Positions 12,886 through 26,520 of a DNA stretch of 64,000 nt are shown in pieces. The position numbers and the translations under genes are program-made. Where the stretch lies: positions 36,768,001 to 36,832,000 of the forward strand of contig NC_087447.1 of assembly GCF_036321535.1 (NCBI RefSeq), read 5' to 3'. Within the stretch, counting starts at the first letter, position 1, and each line of letters begins with the position of its first letter. Under the pieces are notes generated by a model that did no database searches, was not told the DNA's origin, and saw only the letters and a list, made by a program, of their open reading frames with translations. This stretch comes from Camelus dromedarius. Lineage: Eukaryota.

Positions 12886-14399
12886 ATGCCCATAAAATCA
12901 TAGCTTGATTAATCTCAGATTCTACAGAATTTAACATTTCATGATCTCTGACCCAGATGAGGATAAGCATCTTTATTTTTAAAGATAAATGATTGATGTT
13001 ATTATTTTGAAACATATTAAGAAGTGGGCAATCCCAATATATTACAGAAGTAAGTTACCCTATCAGTTAAGTGGTTATACCTTTGTCTAACTCTCTCTTC
13101 TTGATTCCTTCTGTATGACTAGCTTTTGGTATTGTGAATTGAATCCATTGTCATTAATTAATTTTATCAGTTGTTCTTTATAGACAGACAGTCATCACTC
13201 TCACTTGAACTAATAATTTGGGAACTTAATTACATTATTTTTTGGATTTATCAAATGACTTCAGGTGAATATTCCCAATAGTCATTTAAGATGAAAATTC
13301 GACAATAACTACCTGATGACAATTTTATTTTGAATTTATTACAGAAAATTACCTAGTGTTCAGGCATGTTATATTAACTCAAATGAAGGGAAAAGGAAGT
13401 CATCTCTTTTCCAAGGAATAAATAATAAGTCATTCTATTAACTAATATAGTATCAAAATCAAGTGAAAATTTGGATATTATTTTGAATTTCACTGCTTCT
13501 GTTGTGTACTCATAAAGGCCATTGGCTATTTTGGAAAAAAAAAAAACTCAATTTATAACTGACGGGTAGAAAGAAAGTCATTAGTGACATATTCTTTATC
13601 CAGCTGCAATAACATGGTGTGTGCTACTTTGCACGTCATTCTGTATTTCTTCCCTTTCCAAAGTCATTGGTTTTATAACAGTGAGAACAGAAATGGTTTA
13701 CGCAAAGGCAAGCTTTTGCCAGCATGAATGATGGGGGTCTTGCTTTCTCTTAGTAATATGGAAGCTAACATTGTGTTATGTTATGATTCAGCATTGAGTT
13801 TTTACACTTTGGGTTATCTTTCCTCCTCTCACTCTCTTTATTTTTTATTCTAATTATGAATTTTAAATGCAAAAACTGTACTAGTTTTAGACAGTCAAAT
13901 TGCATAAATCTTGAAAGTGAAACACATGCAAAATTAGGCTTTTCAAATTCTTTAACATGCTTTTCTGAATTCTGTATGTGATATGTGAACTTTCATTTGT
14001 GTGCTGCTCTAAGTTTTATGAGCATAGAAGATAAGATTCTTACTAAATTTTATTTTGATTTACTCTACATAATTGTCTCTTCTTACATCCTAACATTTGG
14101 TCACCATAAACATTATACAGAAAATACACCAATAATATAATAAAAATGAAAAAAATTTAAAGTAGTATTCAAATAGTTTGATTCAACCACTGCTGAAACT
14201 CAACATACATTTGTAGTATAGGTGAGATCAGGTCAGTAATTATTCTCTAAAATTAATTATAATTATTCTATAACTTTAGGGTGATCTAAATACTACCTTC
14301 AAGAAAATATACTAATGTGGGTTATCAGTTTTTAGTATATTTCAAGCATTGTGTATTTATATACCTCTCATTATTTTTCCCTCATTATAAAATGTATAC

Positions 14400-17200
14400 A
14401 TATTTATTTTAAAAGGCATATAAACACACAAAAAGGAAAATATAATTATCCTTTAATTCTACCTATATTGTAGTGTATATCTTTTCCATTTTAATTTATG
14501 CATGTACATTAAAAATTTTCTCTGTAAAATTAAAATCATCCTTTTATTATTCTTTTGTAATCAATTTTTCCCATTTAATGATGTAATGTGAATTTCTCTG
14601 ACTAGGTCATCATCTAAAATATTTTTATTTGCAGAAAATATTGCATAAAGTGAGGTTCTCATAATTGACTTTTTTATTCAACACTTAAGTTGTTTTATTG
14701 TTTGTCTTTATAAAGAAAACTTTGAACATGGTAACTTTTTAATACTTTTCATTATCAATTGTTGGTTATTTTATTAGAATATATTACTAAAAAGTGAAAT
14801 TACTGGGTCAAAGAGTATGTTCTTTTTAAAAGTCTTTCTATTCATATTGCCACATTGCCCTTCAGAAACAGTATAGAGTTTTGTGCTCTCACCAGCAACC
14901 ATCTGCAAGTATTCTCTTGCCCTCAGTAGCAAGTATTTTTTTAAACATTTTTCTTTAAACATTTCTTGCGAGTTCGTTAAGGGAATATAACATATTTTGC
15001 TGACTTAATTTGAATTTCTTTGATATTGAGAATGAAGATTTTTACATAAATGTGTTTTTATTAAATGTCTCTTCCTTTGTGAATTGTCTATATTATTTGT
15101 CTGTTTTTTCCTTTAAAGGATTTATCTGGTTCTTATGGTTTTATGAGTCTTAATGTATATTTTAATGGTATTAACCTCTATCTGTCATATCTGTTACATT
15201 TTGTCATTTTCTTATGTCTTTGTTGTCAAATCTTTCCTTCCCTTTTTTAATGCTTTTTTTTTTTTTTTTCTGTTTGGGGTTTGTTTAGAAAGGCTTCCCC
15301 AACTCTGAGGTGATATAATATTCTATTGTATTTTTTCCAATTCTTTGACTATATTTTATACACTTAACTGTTTCATTCTTTTTGAATATATTTTGATGTA
15401 TTGTTTAAACCAGAGATATAACTTAATTTTTTTCTCAAGCAGTTAACCAAATATCTCTGTATCATTTATTAAATAACCCTCTTATCCTTTCTGACTGGCA
15501 TTAACATCTTTTATTACAAACTGATTGCATATTTGGAGCCATTTCTCAGTTTTTGGCTCTATTCCATTTCTCTTTCTATCTAAACTTTATTAATGCTATG
15601 CTATATTAATCATTGTAGTTTTATAGTATCTTTGAAAAGTATTGCAAGACCTCATTCATAATTTTCTTCAAGGTGTTTGCATACTTCTCCGAAGTTTATC
15701 TTAGACTTATGTGAGTTGTTAGTTAAAATTCCAGAGTGATTTTTTAGGAGATTATAAAACTATGGAGTAAACTGACATCTTTATAGTATTGAATCATTCA
15801 AAATAATTTGTTCGGTTCTTTTATGTCCTTCAACAATGTTTTGTTTTAAAATACAGATTCTGTACATTTCCTTTGCTGTTTTCTCTGTGATATTTAATAT
15901 TTTTACTTGCTCTTATGAAAAATATTCTTCATTCTACTTTCTTTTTTTTACATATTTAGGGATGTTAGTGAATTTTGCTGGTTCATTTTATAACTTCTCT
16001 TTTTATCAAACATATTAGCTCTACTCATATTTCAGCTAATGTTTTCTTCTCTTTTTTTGATAGTTATTTGTTTCTCTTTTTTTTAACCCCTTGTTTTAAC
16101 ATACTGCCTAGAATGTCAAGAATAATATTAAGTAATACAGGTGATAGCTGGTATTTTGTGTAGTTTTCAATTCATGGAATTGTTTTTAGTATTTCATCAG
16201 TAAGAATTATATTGACTAGTGATTTAAGATATTCTTTATTAACAAAAACCTTTCTAGTTATAGTTTATTAGGAGTTTCTATAAGAAATTGCAGTTTAGTT
16301 TATAGCATATCTTATTGGTTTTTGTTTTTCAAATTTACTGGTAAAATAAACCCTGATTAGTCATGGTGTAGTCTTGTTTTAAATGTACTGCATAATTTTA
16401 TTTGCTTACATTACAGTTGTTATTCTTGCATCTGTAATCATAAATGAGATTAGTTTGTGTTTTTCTCTATTTGTACTATCTTTGTTAATTTTTAGTAACA
16501 GTTTGTAGAATTGAAAAGCTTTTTCTCATTTTCTATGCAGGAAGGCTATGTAAAAATACTGAATAGATAACAAAGAAATTACTTATTTCTTGAAATTCTG
16601 AAAGAATATACCCCAAAACATCTAGGCCTAGGGTTTTCTTTGGAGATAATTTTTTTTTTAACATTTTCTACTTCTCTTTAAGTCAATTTTGCCAGGAAAA
16701 AAATTCTTCTTGAAAATTGTATATTTCAGTGAGATTTTCAAATATGTTAGTATTGTTTTAAAATATAATATCACTTATTTTACTTTTTCAATTTATTTGC
16801 TGTTATATATTCTATTTAAATTTTGCATATTTGTGTTCTCTTCCTTTTATTCTTCAGTTTTACTTGCTAGTAGCTTTTCTATTATTCTCTCCTCCCTGAC
16901 TCCCTGGTAAGGGTCCAGCTTTCAGGTTTATTTGTCAGTTCTGCTGCTTTTCAGTATGCCAACTACCTAAACTTGTTTTCACCTTCATTATCTCTCCCTT
17001 CTTTATTTTTCTTATACTTTTTCTTTTGCTTGTTTTCTGATACCTTCTAATTTTCTAAGTTGAATACTTTATTTTCAACATTTTTATTAATTATAAAGGC
17101 ACTTTTAGCCATAAATATGTTTGTAGAATTAGTTTTAAGCATCCCATAAACTTGAACTTTTAGAATTCTCATAGTCATTATTTTTAAAATAATCGATATT
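14400..17200 (-). mobile_element. Old degenerate L1M (L1ME-like), antisense
   Basis: Long T-rich stretch with antisense ORF2 remnants (gaaattactgggtcaaagagtatg, ccacattgcccttcagaaa, catctaggcctagggttttctttgg). Minus-strand A-richness is typical of L1. Confidence 0.75.
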
Positions 17201-18419
17201 TATATTATTTTCTAACCAGTCTTATGTTTCTACATCATTCTTAACTTTATATTGTTTTTTGGATTCAAGAGTGTAATGAAGCTGGGAAGGGGAAGAAACA
17301 GCCTCTATGACTACCTTTGGGAAATTTTATGTGGTCAGTTAGGTGCTAGACGGAGAATGAAAATGTGGGCAGTAGAGTGGACAAGAGCCATATTGAAAAA
17401 TTAATCTTCAACCCAGTGACTTTAATTTTACTACATATTAAGAAGTAATACATTAGTAATCTACTTTTTAGATTTTACTTTAAAAAATACCAGTGCTTTC
17501 AAGTAAAAGTCTTATTATCTAAATGAAGTAAAGCAGTATTTCTCAAACCCTTCAGTAGGAGTTGCAATATTGCTAAAGTTTGAGAAACAATGAATTATAG
17601 ATTTCCAATGGGTCTGTATGTGAGTTTTGTCTGAGATTCTTTAAGAGAAAATCCTGTCCCTAAACCCCCATCATGTTTCCATAGGTAGCCTCTTTTACAG
17701 TAGCAGTATAAATTGAGAATAGAATACTGTGAATGGTATACATTTAATAGCAATAATCTCAAAGCAGTGTACAAACCAGGTTAACATTATTACAAGTATT
17801 ACTAAATAAATTTACTATTAAGAACTTAAATGAAATATGGCATAAAATGATTAGACCTTTGCCTTGGTCTGGTTACATTTGAAGTATTGTGTTCTAATTA
17901 GGTTACCATATTTTAAGGAATCTGTTGAGAAATTAAAACTTATAAAAAGTGGCGAGAATGGTGAAGAGTCTTGAACATTCATTATGAATAGTAATTAAAG
18001 ATCTAGGGAAATTTGTCTTAATACATGTTAGCTGGTTGGAGTTTTGTTGAATAGAAGTGGGTAAGATTTTTGTGTTATTTTAGGGGGTTAAGGTAATAGG
18101 AAAATTGTTCTCAATATACAAAAGAACGATTAATAGCTACCTGATGTTGATGCAGTTGGACTGCATTAAGAGTGGTTACCTCAAATATAGTAGGTGTTCA
18201 ATAAATATTTATTAAATAAATAAATGAGTGGATGAATGAATAAAATCAGTGGAAAATTTTAAACAGAGATGTAGAAGGACATTCCTACTCTTGTGGAATG
18301 TTATCTTCATGACCTCCTAAAATCCTTCAAACATGTACTAGGTTTATTATATTTCCTAATTATGATACTAATCTTCAAAATATTATCTATTTCCTGTAAT
18401 ATTGTAAATACTTTTGTAA

Positions 18420-18620
18420 GATGCTTTATTGTTTGTAAAAGAAAACCATGTACTGAAACACCTACATTATTTTATTTGATCCTTTTAACAACCCAGTGAG
18501 AAAATATTTTTATGTTGACTTTACATGCGAGTAAAATTAGATTGAGAAATTAAGTGGCTTGTTTGGGTCACTCAGAAAGTTGTGGTACTAGAATTTTAAT
18601 CCTGGTAGCTGAAGCCTCTG
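18420..18620 (-). mobile_element. MIR fragment
   Basis: tttgatccttttaacaacccagtgag...gagaaattaagtggcttgtttgggtcactcag. Confidence 0.6.
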
Positions 18621-18832
18621 TTTAATACAATACAGAGTATTTTTCAGATTCTTCAGAGTATTAGAATTCTGCACTGGGGACAAGAGGGAAATAGACTCTG
18701 GGCTGTTTCTCCCTCCCAACATACAAACAACCAAAATAGTTTCATTTTTGCTCTTTTCTACATAAATAAGGCAGTATAGCAAAGCAGGAGTGGGTGTATG
18801 TAATATAGTTTCTCCCTATAGGAGTATTTATC

Positions 18833-19247
18833 ATTAAAAAAATTGAGGTGTAGTTGATTTAGTATACTATTTTAGTTTCAGGTATACAACATACTGATTC
18901 AGAATATTTATAGATTTATAAAATATTGGCTATATTCCCAGTGTATAATATATCCTTGACACTTATTTATTTTATACTAGAAGTTTGTATCTCTTAATCC
19001 CCTATGCGTATTTTGCCCCTCTCGCCTCCTCTTTCCACTGGTAACCACTGGTTTGCTCTCTGTATCTTTGAGTCTGTCTCTTTTTGTTATTCACTAGTTG
19101 GTTTTATTTTTTAGATTTTGCATATAAGTGATAAGATACAGTACTTGTTTTTCTCTGTCTAACTTATTTCACTAAGCACAATAACTTCCAGGTCCATCCA
19201 TGTTGTTGCTAAATTTCATTCTTTTTTATGGCTGAGCAGTATTCCAT

Positions 19248-19280
<33 letters not shown>

Positions 19281-21214
19281 CTTTTAGCTTGCTGATTCAT
19301 CCTCTGTATCATTTAGTCTCCTGTTGATTCCTTCTAGTGTATTTTTCATTTCAGTTATTGTATTCTTCATCTCTGTTTGGTTGTTCTTTATATTTTCTAA
19401 CTCTGTTCAAAATTTCTAACTTCTTGCTCTGTTCATCCATTCTTCTCCTGAGTTCTTTAATCATCCTTATGATCATTCCTTGAGCTCTTTCTAGGATATA
19501 TTGTCTATCTCCACTTCACTTAGTTCTTTGGGGTTTTATCATGTTCTTTCATTTGGAACATATTCTTCTGTTGCCTCATTTTGCCTTACTTGCTGTTTTT
19601 ATTTCTATGCATCTGGTAGGTTGGGTGTGTTTTCTGACCTTGGAGAAGTGGCCTTTTATGGGAAACATCTTACGCGTCCCAGCAGTACGCTCCCCTCTGA
19701 TCACCAAAGGTTTATGTTCAATCCCTCTGTAGGCTGCATGGGTCCTTCTGTTGTGGTGGGCTAACTACTTTGGATGGTCTTTTAGGCATGGCTGGCCCCC
19801 AGTCTGGTAATTGCCAGGCCTTGCCTTGTGTGGAGGCTGCCAGCCACTGGTTGGCAAGGCTGGGTCATGAGGTGGCTGACTGCAGAACCCCAGGTGGCCC
19901 TGAAGCTAGTGCTGGTTTACTGATAGCTGGAGTCAGGATCCTGGAGATCCCATGGTTGGTGCCTACCCATGGTGGGTGAAGCCAGGTCCTGGGGCTGATG
20001 TTGGCCTACCAGTTGGAAGAACTGGGTCCTGGCAAATGGCTACAGGGCCTAGGGGTCCCAGAGCTAGTATAGTACCATTGGTGGGTGGAGCTGGTTTCTG
20101 ACACAGCTGGCTGAGAGGTCCAGGTTGTCCCGAAGCTTGTATTTGGCTGCTGGAGGGTGGGGCCAGGGTCCAGGGTCCCAGGGCTGGTGCTTGCCTGCTG
20201 GTGGGTAGGCTGGATCTTGACAAGTCAGGCTGTGGGGCTGTAGTTTTCCTGGGGCTGGTGTCCACCTCTAGTGAGTGAAGTTGCTCCTAGGTCTAGAGTT
20301 GCTCCTAGGTGTAGAGTGAGTTGTGAGTGGGGCCTGGGCCCAGAAGATTCTGGGGCTGATGCCTGCCCACTAGTGGGTGCAGCTGGGTCCTGGGCCCTCT
20401 GGTGTGCAAGGCTGTGTCTGAGGGCAACTGTGGACTCAGGAGGTCTTAAGGAACCCTGTCTGCTGGTTAGTGCTGTGCCCTTGCCCAGTTACCTGCTTGG
20501 CTTGAGTCTCAGTACTAGTGCTTAGAGGCTGGTAGATGGGGACTGGGATAGGTACTGAGGCTAATAAGCTAGAGAGATGATTCCAAAATGGTGCTTGCCA
20601 GCATCAATGTCCATGTTGTGGAATGAGCTCCCCAAAATGGCTGCCACCAGTGTCTCTGTCCCCAGTGTGAGCTCCAGTTGTCTCTGGCTTCTCTGGGAGA
20701 CTCTTCAAGATCAGCATGTAAGTCTGACCTAGGCTTCTTTCAGATAACTGCTTTTGCCCTGGGTCTCAGAGCATGTGAAATTCTGTGTGTGCTATTTAAG
20801 AGTGGAATTTCTGTTTCCCACAGCCCTCTGGGTCTGCTGAAAATGAGCCCCAATAGCTTTCAAAGTCAAATGTTCTAGGGGCTTTTCTTTTTAATGCAGG
20901 ACTCCTGGGCTGGGGAGCCCACTCTAGGGCTCAAACCCCTCTCTTCTTGGGCAGAATCTCTGCAATTGTGATTATCCTCCCATTTGTGGGTCACTCCCCT
21001 GGGGTTATGGGTCTTGACTATACCACAACTCCATCCTGCCTACCTGTCTCATTGTGGCTTCTTCTTTAAATCTCTAATTGTAGAAGAACTTTTCTGGTAG
21101 CTTCCAGGCTTTTTCATCAATAACTGTTCTGTAAGTAGTTGTAATTTTGGGGTGTCTGTAGGGGGAGGCAAGCTCAAGGTCTTTCTACCTCAGCCATCTT
21201 TGGCAGGGGAACCC
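18833..21214 (-). mobile_element. Internally deleted L1 (5'UTR plus ORF1 N-terminal region joined to ORF2 end/3'UTR), antisense to SOX6
   Basis: L1 3' end at 18833-19250, (TG)n, ORF1-like coiled-coil remnant at about 19281-19600 and GC-richer 5'UTR to 21214 (minus strand begins gggttcccctgccaaagatggctgag). TSD taggagtatttatc (18819-18832) / tagtagtatttatc (21215-21228). Confidence 0.85.
19254..19280 (+). repeat. (TG)13 microsatellite within L1
   Basis: Direct reading. Confidence 0.95.
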
Positions 21215-24200
21215 TAGTAGTATTTATCTTAATCGAATGAGAGAGAAGGCTGAATAACATGGTAGATGGAGACAATGTGAGACAGAAGTACTGGTAAAGT
21301 CCACACCCCGTTTGTGTGTATGCTTGTTTGTTTGAGTTGTACCAAAGAAATGAAGATGCTAGGATAGTTATGGCAAGGAAACATTTCTAAATGCAATGAT
21401 GACATACTAAATGTTGTCTAGAGCATTAGGATTCATCCTCTGTTTTCATGGATGGGTCTAGCCTTCTGTGGTTTATATAGGAGAATCTTAACCAGCCTCC
21501 CTTTTTTGCACACATGCCCCTCTGTGCTGTGGCTGGCATCTCCTCCTTGGTGTGAAGGCGCCTCCCTGGGCAGTGTGCCAGAGAAACAGTAATGTTGGTT
21601 GTTTGAGTTAGCACAAACTGTTTGTGCTCATGTTTGTCAAACACACAGATGATAAGAGAGAAAAAAAATAATTATGTGATATGAACCAAATAAGGAAAAT
21701 AGTGTTTTCCTTCCTTGGTCATTCATGATTAATTATTTCAATATTTACATATAGAGATTAAGGTAGATATGCTTGTAGGTGTACTCTCCTGCAGCTTAGA
21801 AAAATGACAGTCACTTTCTGCTAGGGGAAAAAACTGATTAAACAAATGCCTTTAAATGGAAAGTTCTACGAATGATCCCTACTGTTTTTAAGGTTATGGT
21901 TGAAACACAATTACTTATTATGGTTATTCAACTAAAATGTCTAATAGGTTTGTTCTAGAGCCTAAATGTTACTGCCATACTTTACTATTAAAAACTTTAA
22001 GCTTTACTCCCTGTTACTTCTTTAGGGTTTTTACTAAGAGAAGTAAAATTAGGAACTGTGTTACATCAAATAGTACAGGCATATTACAGTTGTGCTTGGT
22101 ATGTGTACTGAATTAAAAATGTGAATTTATTATAATATTGCTACTATGTGCCACTAAGAGCCTGGTATCCATTTTTAGTCTGACTGCAAACATAAATCTT
22201 TGGAGGAGAGCACAGGAACACAAAAGTCATGGTTTTTTTCAGTGCATGATAGATCTTTGAAGATCAAATAATGCAGGTTATTCCTAAAGTAACTTAATCA
22301 GTGCTGTTATCACCAAAGGGTCAGAATGGATGTAACAGCATTCCCATAAAATTAGTGTTTTGTGTCACAGGTTACTATCTTAAATGCCAATTCTCTCTCC
22401 TAGTTTGTTCACTTTATAGTAAGAGCCTAAACTACATCTAAGTACTCTGACTGTCTTTTCCGTACATTGCCCTTTTTAGAGAATACACTGGTTTTTAAGA
22501 ACAGTAATTCATAGTTACTGGTATTTTCTGTTGTAGGCAATCACAGAAGAACTATAGTGGTTTTCCAAAAGCTATGACTGTACACTTTATGTATTTATTT
22601 ATAAATGAGTTTTTCATGAATTTCTATTTACAAATTGACAGCAATTTCTTCATCTAAGGGAACTTAAAACAAATCTGGAAGTGTTTAAGGTGAATCATCT
22701 GCCACTTTTCAACTCCAATAAAATCAGCAAAGTTCACATACCTGGTGATTTTTGCTGTCTCGTTAGGAAAGAGGATTGAAACAGTAATATATCAATGTTT
22801 AGATTTCATGTATTTTGAAAGCTTAGAATTGTTATTTTGAACACAAATGCTCTATTGCTCTAGAGACCAGCTTGTGAAAGAGATTTAGAGCATATATAAT
22901 TTTCTCATTTATCTTATGAAATAATGTAGTAGAGTATCACCATTTTTTGTATTAATCTATGTAATTATAGAACTTCAGAGTAATATCTAGAAACATAGAA
23001 TCTCCAAAAATAGAGTTGAAGGAACTTTGCATATTATGTAATCCAGCTTCTTATTTCCCATATAGGGACCCCAACAATCCAGCAAAGGAAAGTCACTGCC
23101 CTAAAATCACATAGTAAATTACTCAGGTGGAATCTTAGTTCCCCCCAAATAGCATGTTTAGCCCATTTCACATAGTCTTTTGGTCATCTTGTAATCAATA
23201 GTGAGTTATTATTGCAGAATTCTTGAACTTCTTTTACGAACAATAAATACACACCACAGCTAGTTTTACAAAAATATATGCATTATAACACAGCAACACT
23301 CATAGTTTTTAAAATTATACCACTTTGAATGAATGTAGACATTTCAAAACGCTCCTTTGTCCTCTCTGTTATAAATATCTTTTACTTCTTTTGAAGTCTG
23401 TGTGATATATATACAAGCAATTAAAACCTCCCCCTACTTGGGGCTGGAGACACAAGGTATTCTTAATTAAAATTCAAACAGAAGCTACTGGCAAAAATTA
23501 CTACTGTGTGATTAAGGTCTAAAGTATTATGATACATTAGAATCATTGTTAACTGTTGGGATTAAAGAAATCGATATGCTGGGGAAAGATCAGTTGGATC
23601 CAATTAGTGGAATCAATGTTTACTTAAAAGAAAATGCTGAAGTTTAATAACAGGTTCTGGTTATAAATATAGCACCAGCTAAAATTGTTCTTTGTTATTA
23701 TTGTATTGACCACATAATTATATTTTAAATTCATTGAATAAGAATCTGAAACTTCTTTTTTAGTAGTTAATTATTATAATTAAAAACATAAAACTTTAAA
23801 ATGATACCTTATTTCAAAAATTTCAGTTATAAAATGTAAAACTAGTCACCAATTATAAAATATTCCTATTGATTCCATTTTAAAAGGCTAATTTTAGTGA
23901 TAGCTACAGCCTAGAGTGGGAAAGGAGACAAAATTGGTTAGAAGGAAAAAAGATCCAAAGTATTCTTTCACAATTATGATTACATTAAATATGTATTAGT
24001 CTATTTGGTGACATAGCAAAATAAAAGAGAACACATTCTGATATAATTCAAAAACAAGACATTTCACTTTTTTCTTCCTGATTGCTGTGATGAAAATAAA
24101 CATTATAACCAGCATGGAGAAGAAAAACTATTACTAATTGCAGCCTAGATTTTAAGTAAAATGAAGGTCATTAGCAATTTCCTGGAAGCCATTCAGATTG

Positions 24201-25259
24201 CTTACCAGGAAATGGTAGCTAGCAGGACATCTGTAATCCTCCTGTGTGGAATTAGTGAAAACATACTGGAGCTTTAATGATGTGTGTTAGATTTAGGCTT
24301 ATGGTGGAACATTTCTTTATCAAAATAGCTCATATTCTTTGAATATGAATTTTTTTTCATTTCTATATTAGTGTATAAACCCAGAATTAAAAATAGCCTT
24401 TAACTTCCATCCATATATATACACCTTTAAGGTTGGACTGTGACTTACTGGCATACGAGATGACAGGGTAACAGCAGAACTATAGAAATCTCGGAAGGAA
24501 GTGTGTTTGGGCAAACTGAAAGAAATTTTTCTTATAACTTGGAATGCTGATTTCACAACATTTTGGGTGGTGAACTTAGTCTCACTTTAGTAGCGTATTC
24601 TTATCTCAATAATGAGATAAGCAAAGCTAAGTGTTAATTGAAAATACCTTGTAGGACATGAACTGAAGTCTGACTGATGCATTCTAGTGGGAGAAATGGG
24701 GTCACTGATTTAGAGGCTTTTAGCATAGTTTCTCCATATTACCTGAATTATTAGTTGCCTTAATAAGGGTAACATCTCTGGAACTATTGAGTGACAGAGT
24801 TAAGCTGAGGAGAGCATATATATGCTCCAATTTGTGTAAAAAAATTATATGAACAGAAAATTGCTGGAAAGATATTTAAAAACTTCACAGAGGTTGACTG
24901 TAATGGGAAATGAAGAGTTTGGGATGGGGGCTGATTTTCAAATTTGTACTGTATAGTTTGCACTGAATTTTTTTTAAAGCCAAGTGTATGCATTGCTTTT
25001 TTAAAAAAAGAAGGCTGAAAGTAAGTCTCGAATAAAAAATGAAATGGATTAGTTTAATTATTTGTTCAAAAGAAAGTGGATGATACTACTCATTTAACTT
25101 CTAATTTTTTCAGAGGATTAGAGAGAAAATATGTAGAATTAGGGTAGCACAGGATAGGGAATCAATAAATACTGTACACACACAACAATGCTTGTCAACA
25201 ACTGTTGACTTAGTTTAGTCCTTGAAACAGTAAATATTTATCAGTAGAATGACAAACTA

Positions 25260-26520
25260 GTTCAGGACTTTTAAAGTGTATTGAGGACTCTAAAAATCTT
25301 TTGTTCATGCAACATATCTGTTTGTACTTACTATTGTAGAAATTAAACTTGATAAATTTAAGAAATATTTATTAATTCATTTAAAAACTATAATATTATA
25401 CCTGGAACATATTAACATAAAGATTATATTTTTATAAAAAATAACTATATTTCCTAAAATAAAAATAATTTAGTGAGACGAATGGCATTGTTTTACATTT
25501 TTGCAAATCTCTTTAATGTGTGGTTTAATAGAAGACAGCTGGACCCTCTCATATCTGCTTTTGCATTCAGTCTGTTGTCATATGTATTTATTGAAGTAAA
25601 TGAAGAAAAGCTGGCCTAAAATTGACATGTAGTTGAAAAATGGAAAAGTTTCTTACTCCCTTTTCATATAATTGTGAATTTTCTTCTTACTACACCAAAT
25701 TTCAGAAATGGGAGTTTCTCAAAGGGTAGGTTCAATGTAGGATCTGAAACCATATCAATGAATTTTCAATACTTTTACATTAAAATCCATTGGTCCAGTT
25801 TGACCTTTGAATGAATCTTTTAGTCCATGCATTATTTTGTACCAGTTTTTATGTTATATTGTTTCACTGAGTTATGCAGATCTTCCTTATTTTGGCACAT
25901 TCCGTCATACCGTATCAAAAAATCACATTCATTAATATCACAACTAATCTTATCAGAAAATCTCTTAAGTATTTGTAAACTGTTATGCTTATGATGGCAG
26001 ATAGAAGTTTTCCAAAATTCTAATTTTCCCTTTGAAGTTCAAATTATATTATTTCAACCAGTACCTTCAGTTGTTTTTCTTGAAGTGACAGGCTCACTTG
26101 CCAAATAGTAAAGTATAGACACTAATATTTTTTCTCTTAGTTGTTCTTTCAAATAAAATTGGTGTTCTATGAAAAAAGATATGAAAAATTTCAGCTCATG
26201 ACTCGAATAATAGCATAAGTCATTTTCATGATCTGTTATACTTAGGTACAATAAACAGCAGAATGCTTCCCATTTCATCATATAGAATATTTTAAGTATG
26301 AGTACTTAAAATCATTATTTAATAAAATTAAGTGTTTTTATTGTTGCATCAAGGAAATTATTAATTGAAACTGAATTTTTTTGTTTGTTTTACTGCATAA
26401 AGTGCATAGTGGTGAAGAATACAATGACTACTGGTAGAGTTAGGTGCATTATATTCATGATGGGGGCCAGCAATTTTAACTCACTATTTCAATTGCATTA
26501 ATCAGTGTATTCTTGAAAGA
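25260..26520 (+). mobile_element. hAT-Charlie1-like DNA transposon fossil, copy 1
   Basis: attgaggactctaaaaatcttttgttc, aatttagtgagacgaatggcattgttttacatttttgcaaatctctttaatgtgtggtttaatagaagacagctgg. Colinear homology with 38540-39725. Strand is relative to the recalled consensus. Confidence 0.85.

Noticed and set aside
19501..20878. Cluster of GC-rich ORFs suggesting a nested gene or CpG island
   Set aside because: Lies in the L1 5'UTR/ORF1 region, is CpG-depleted, and the peptides are not recognisable.
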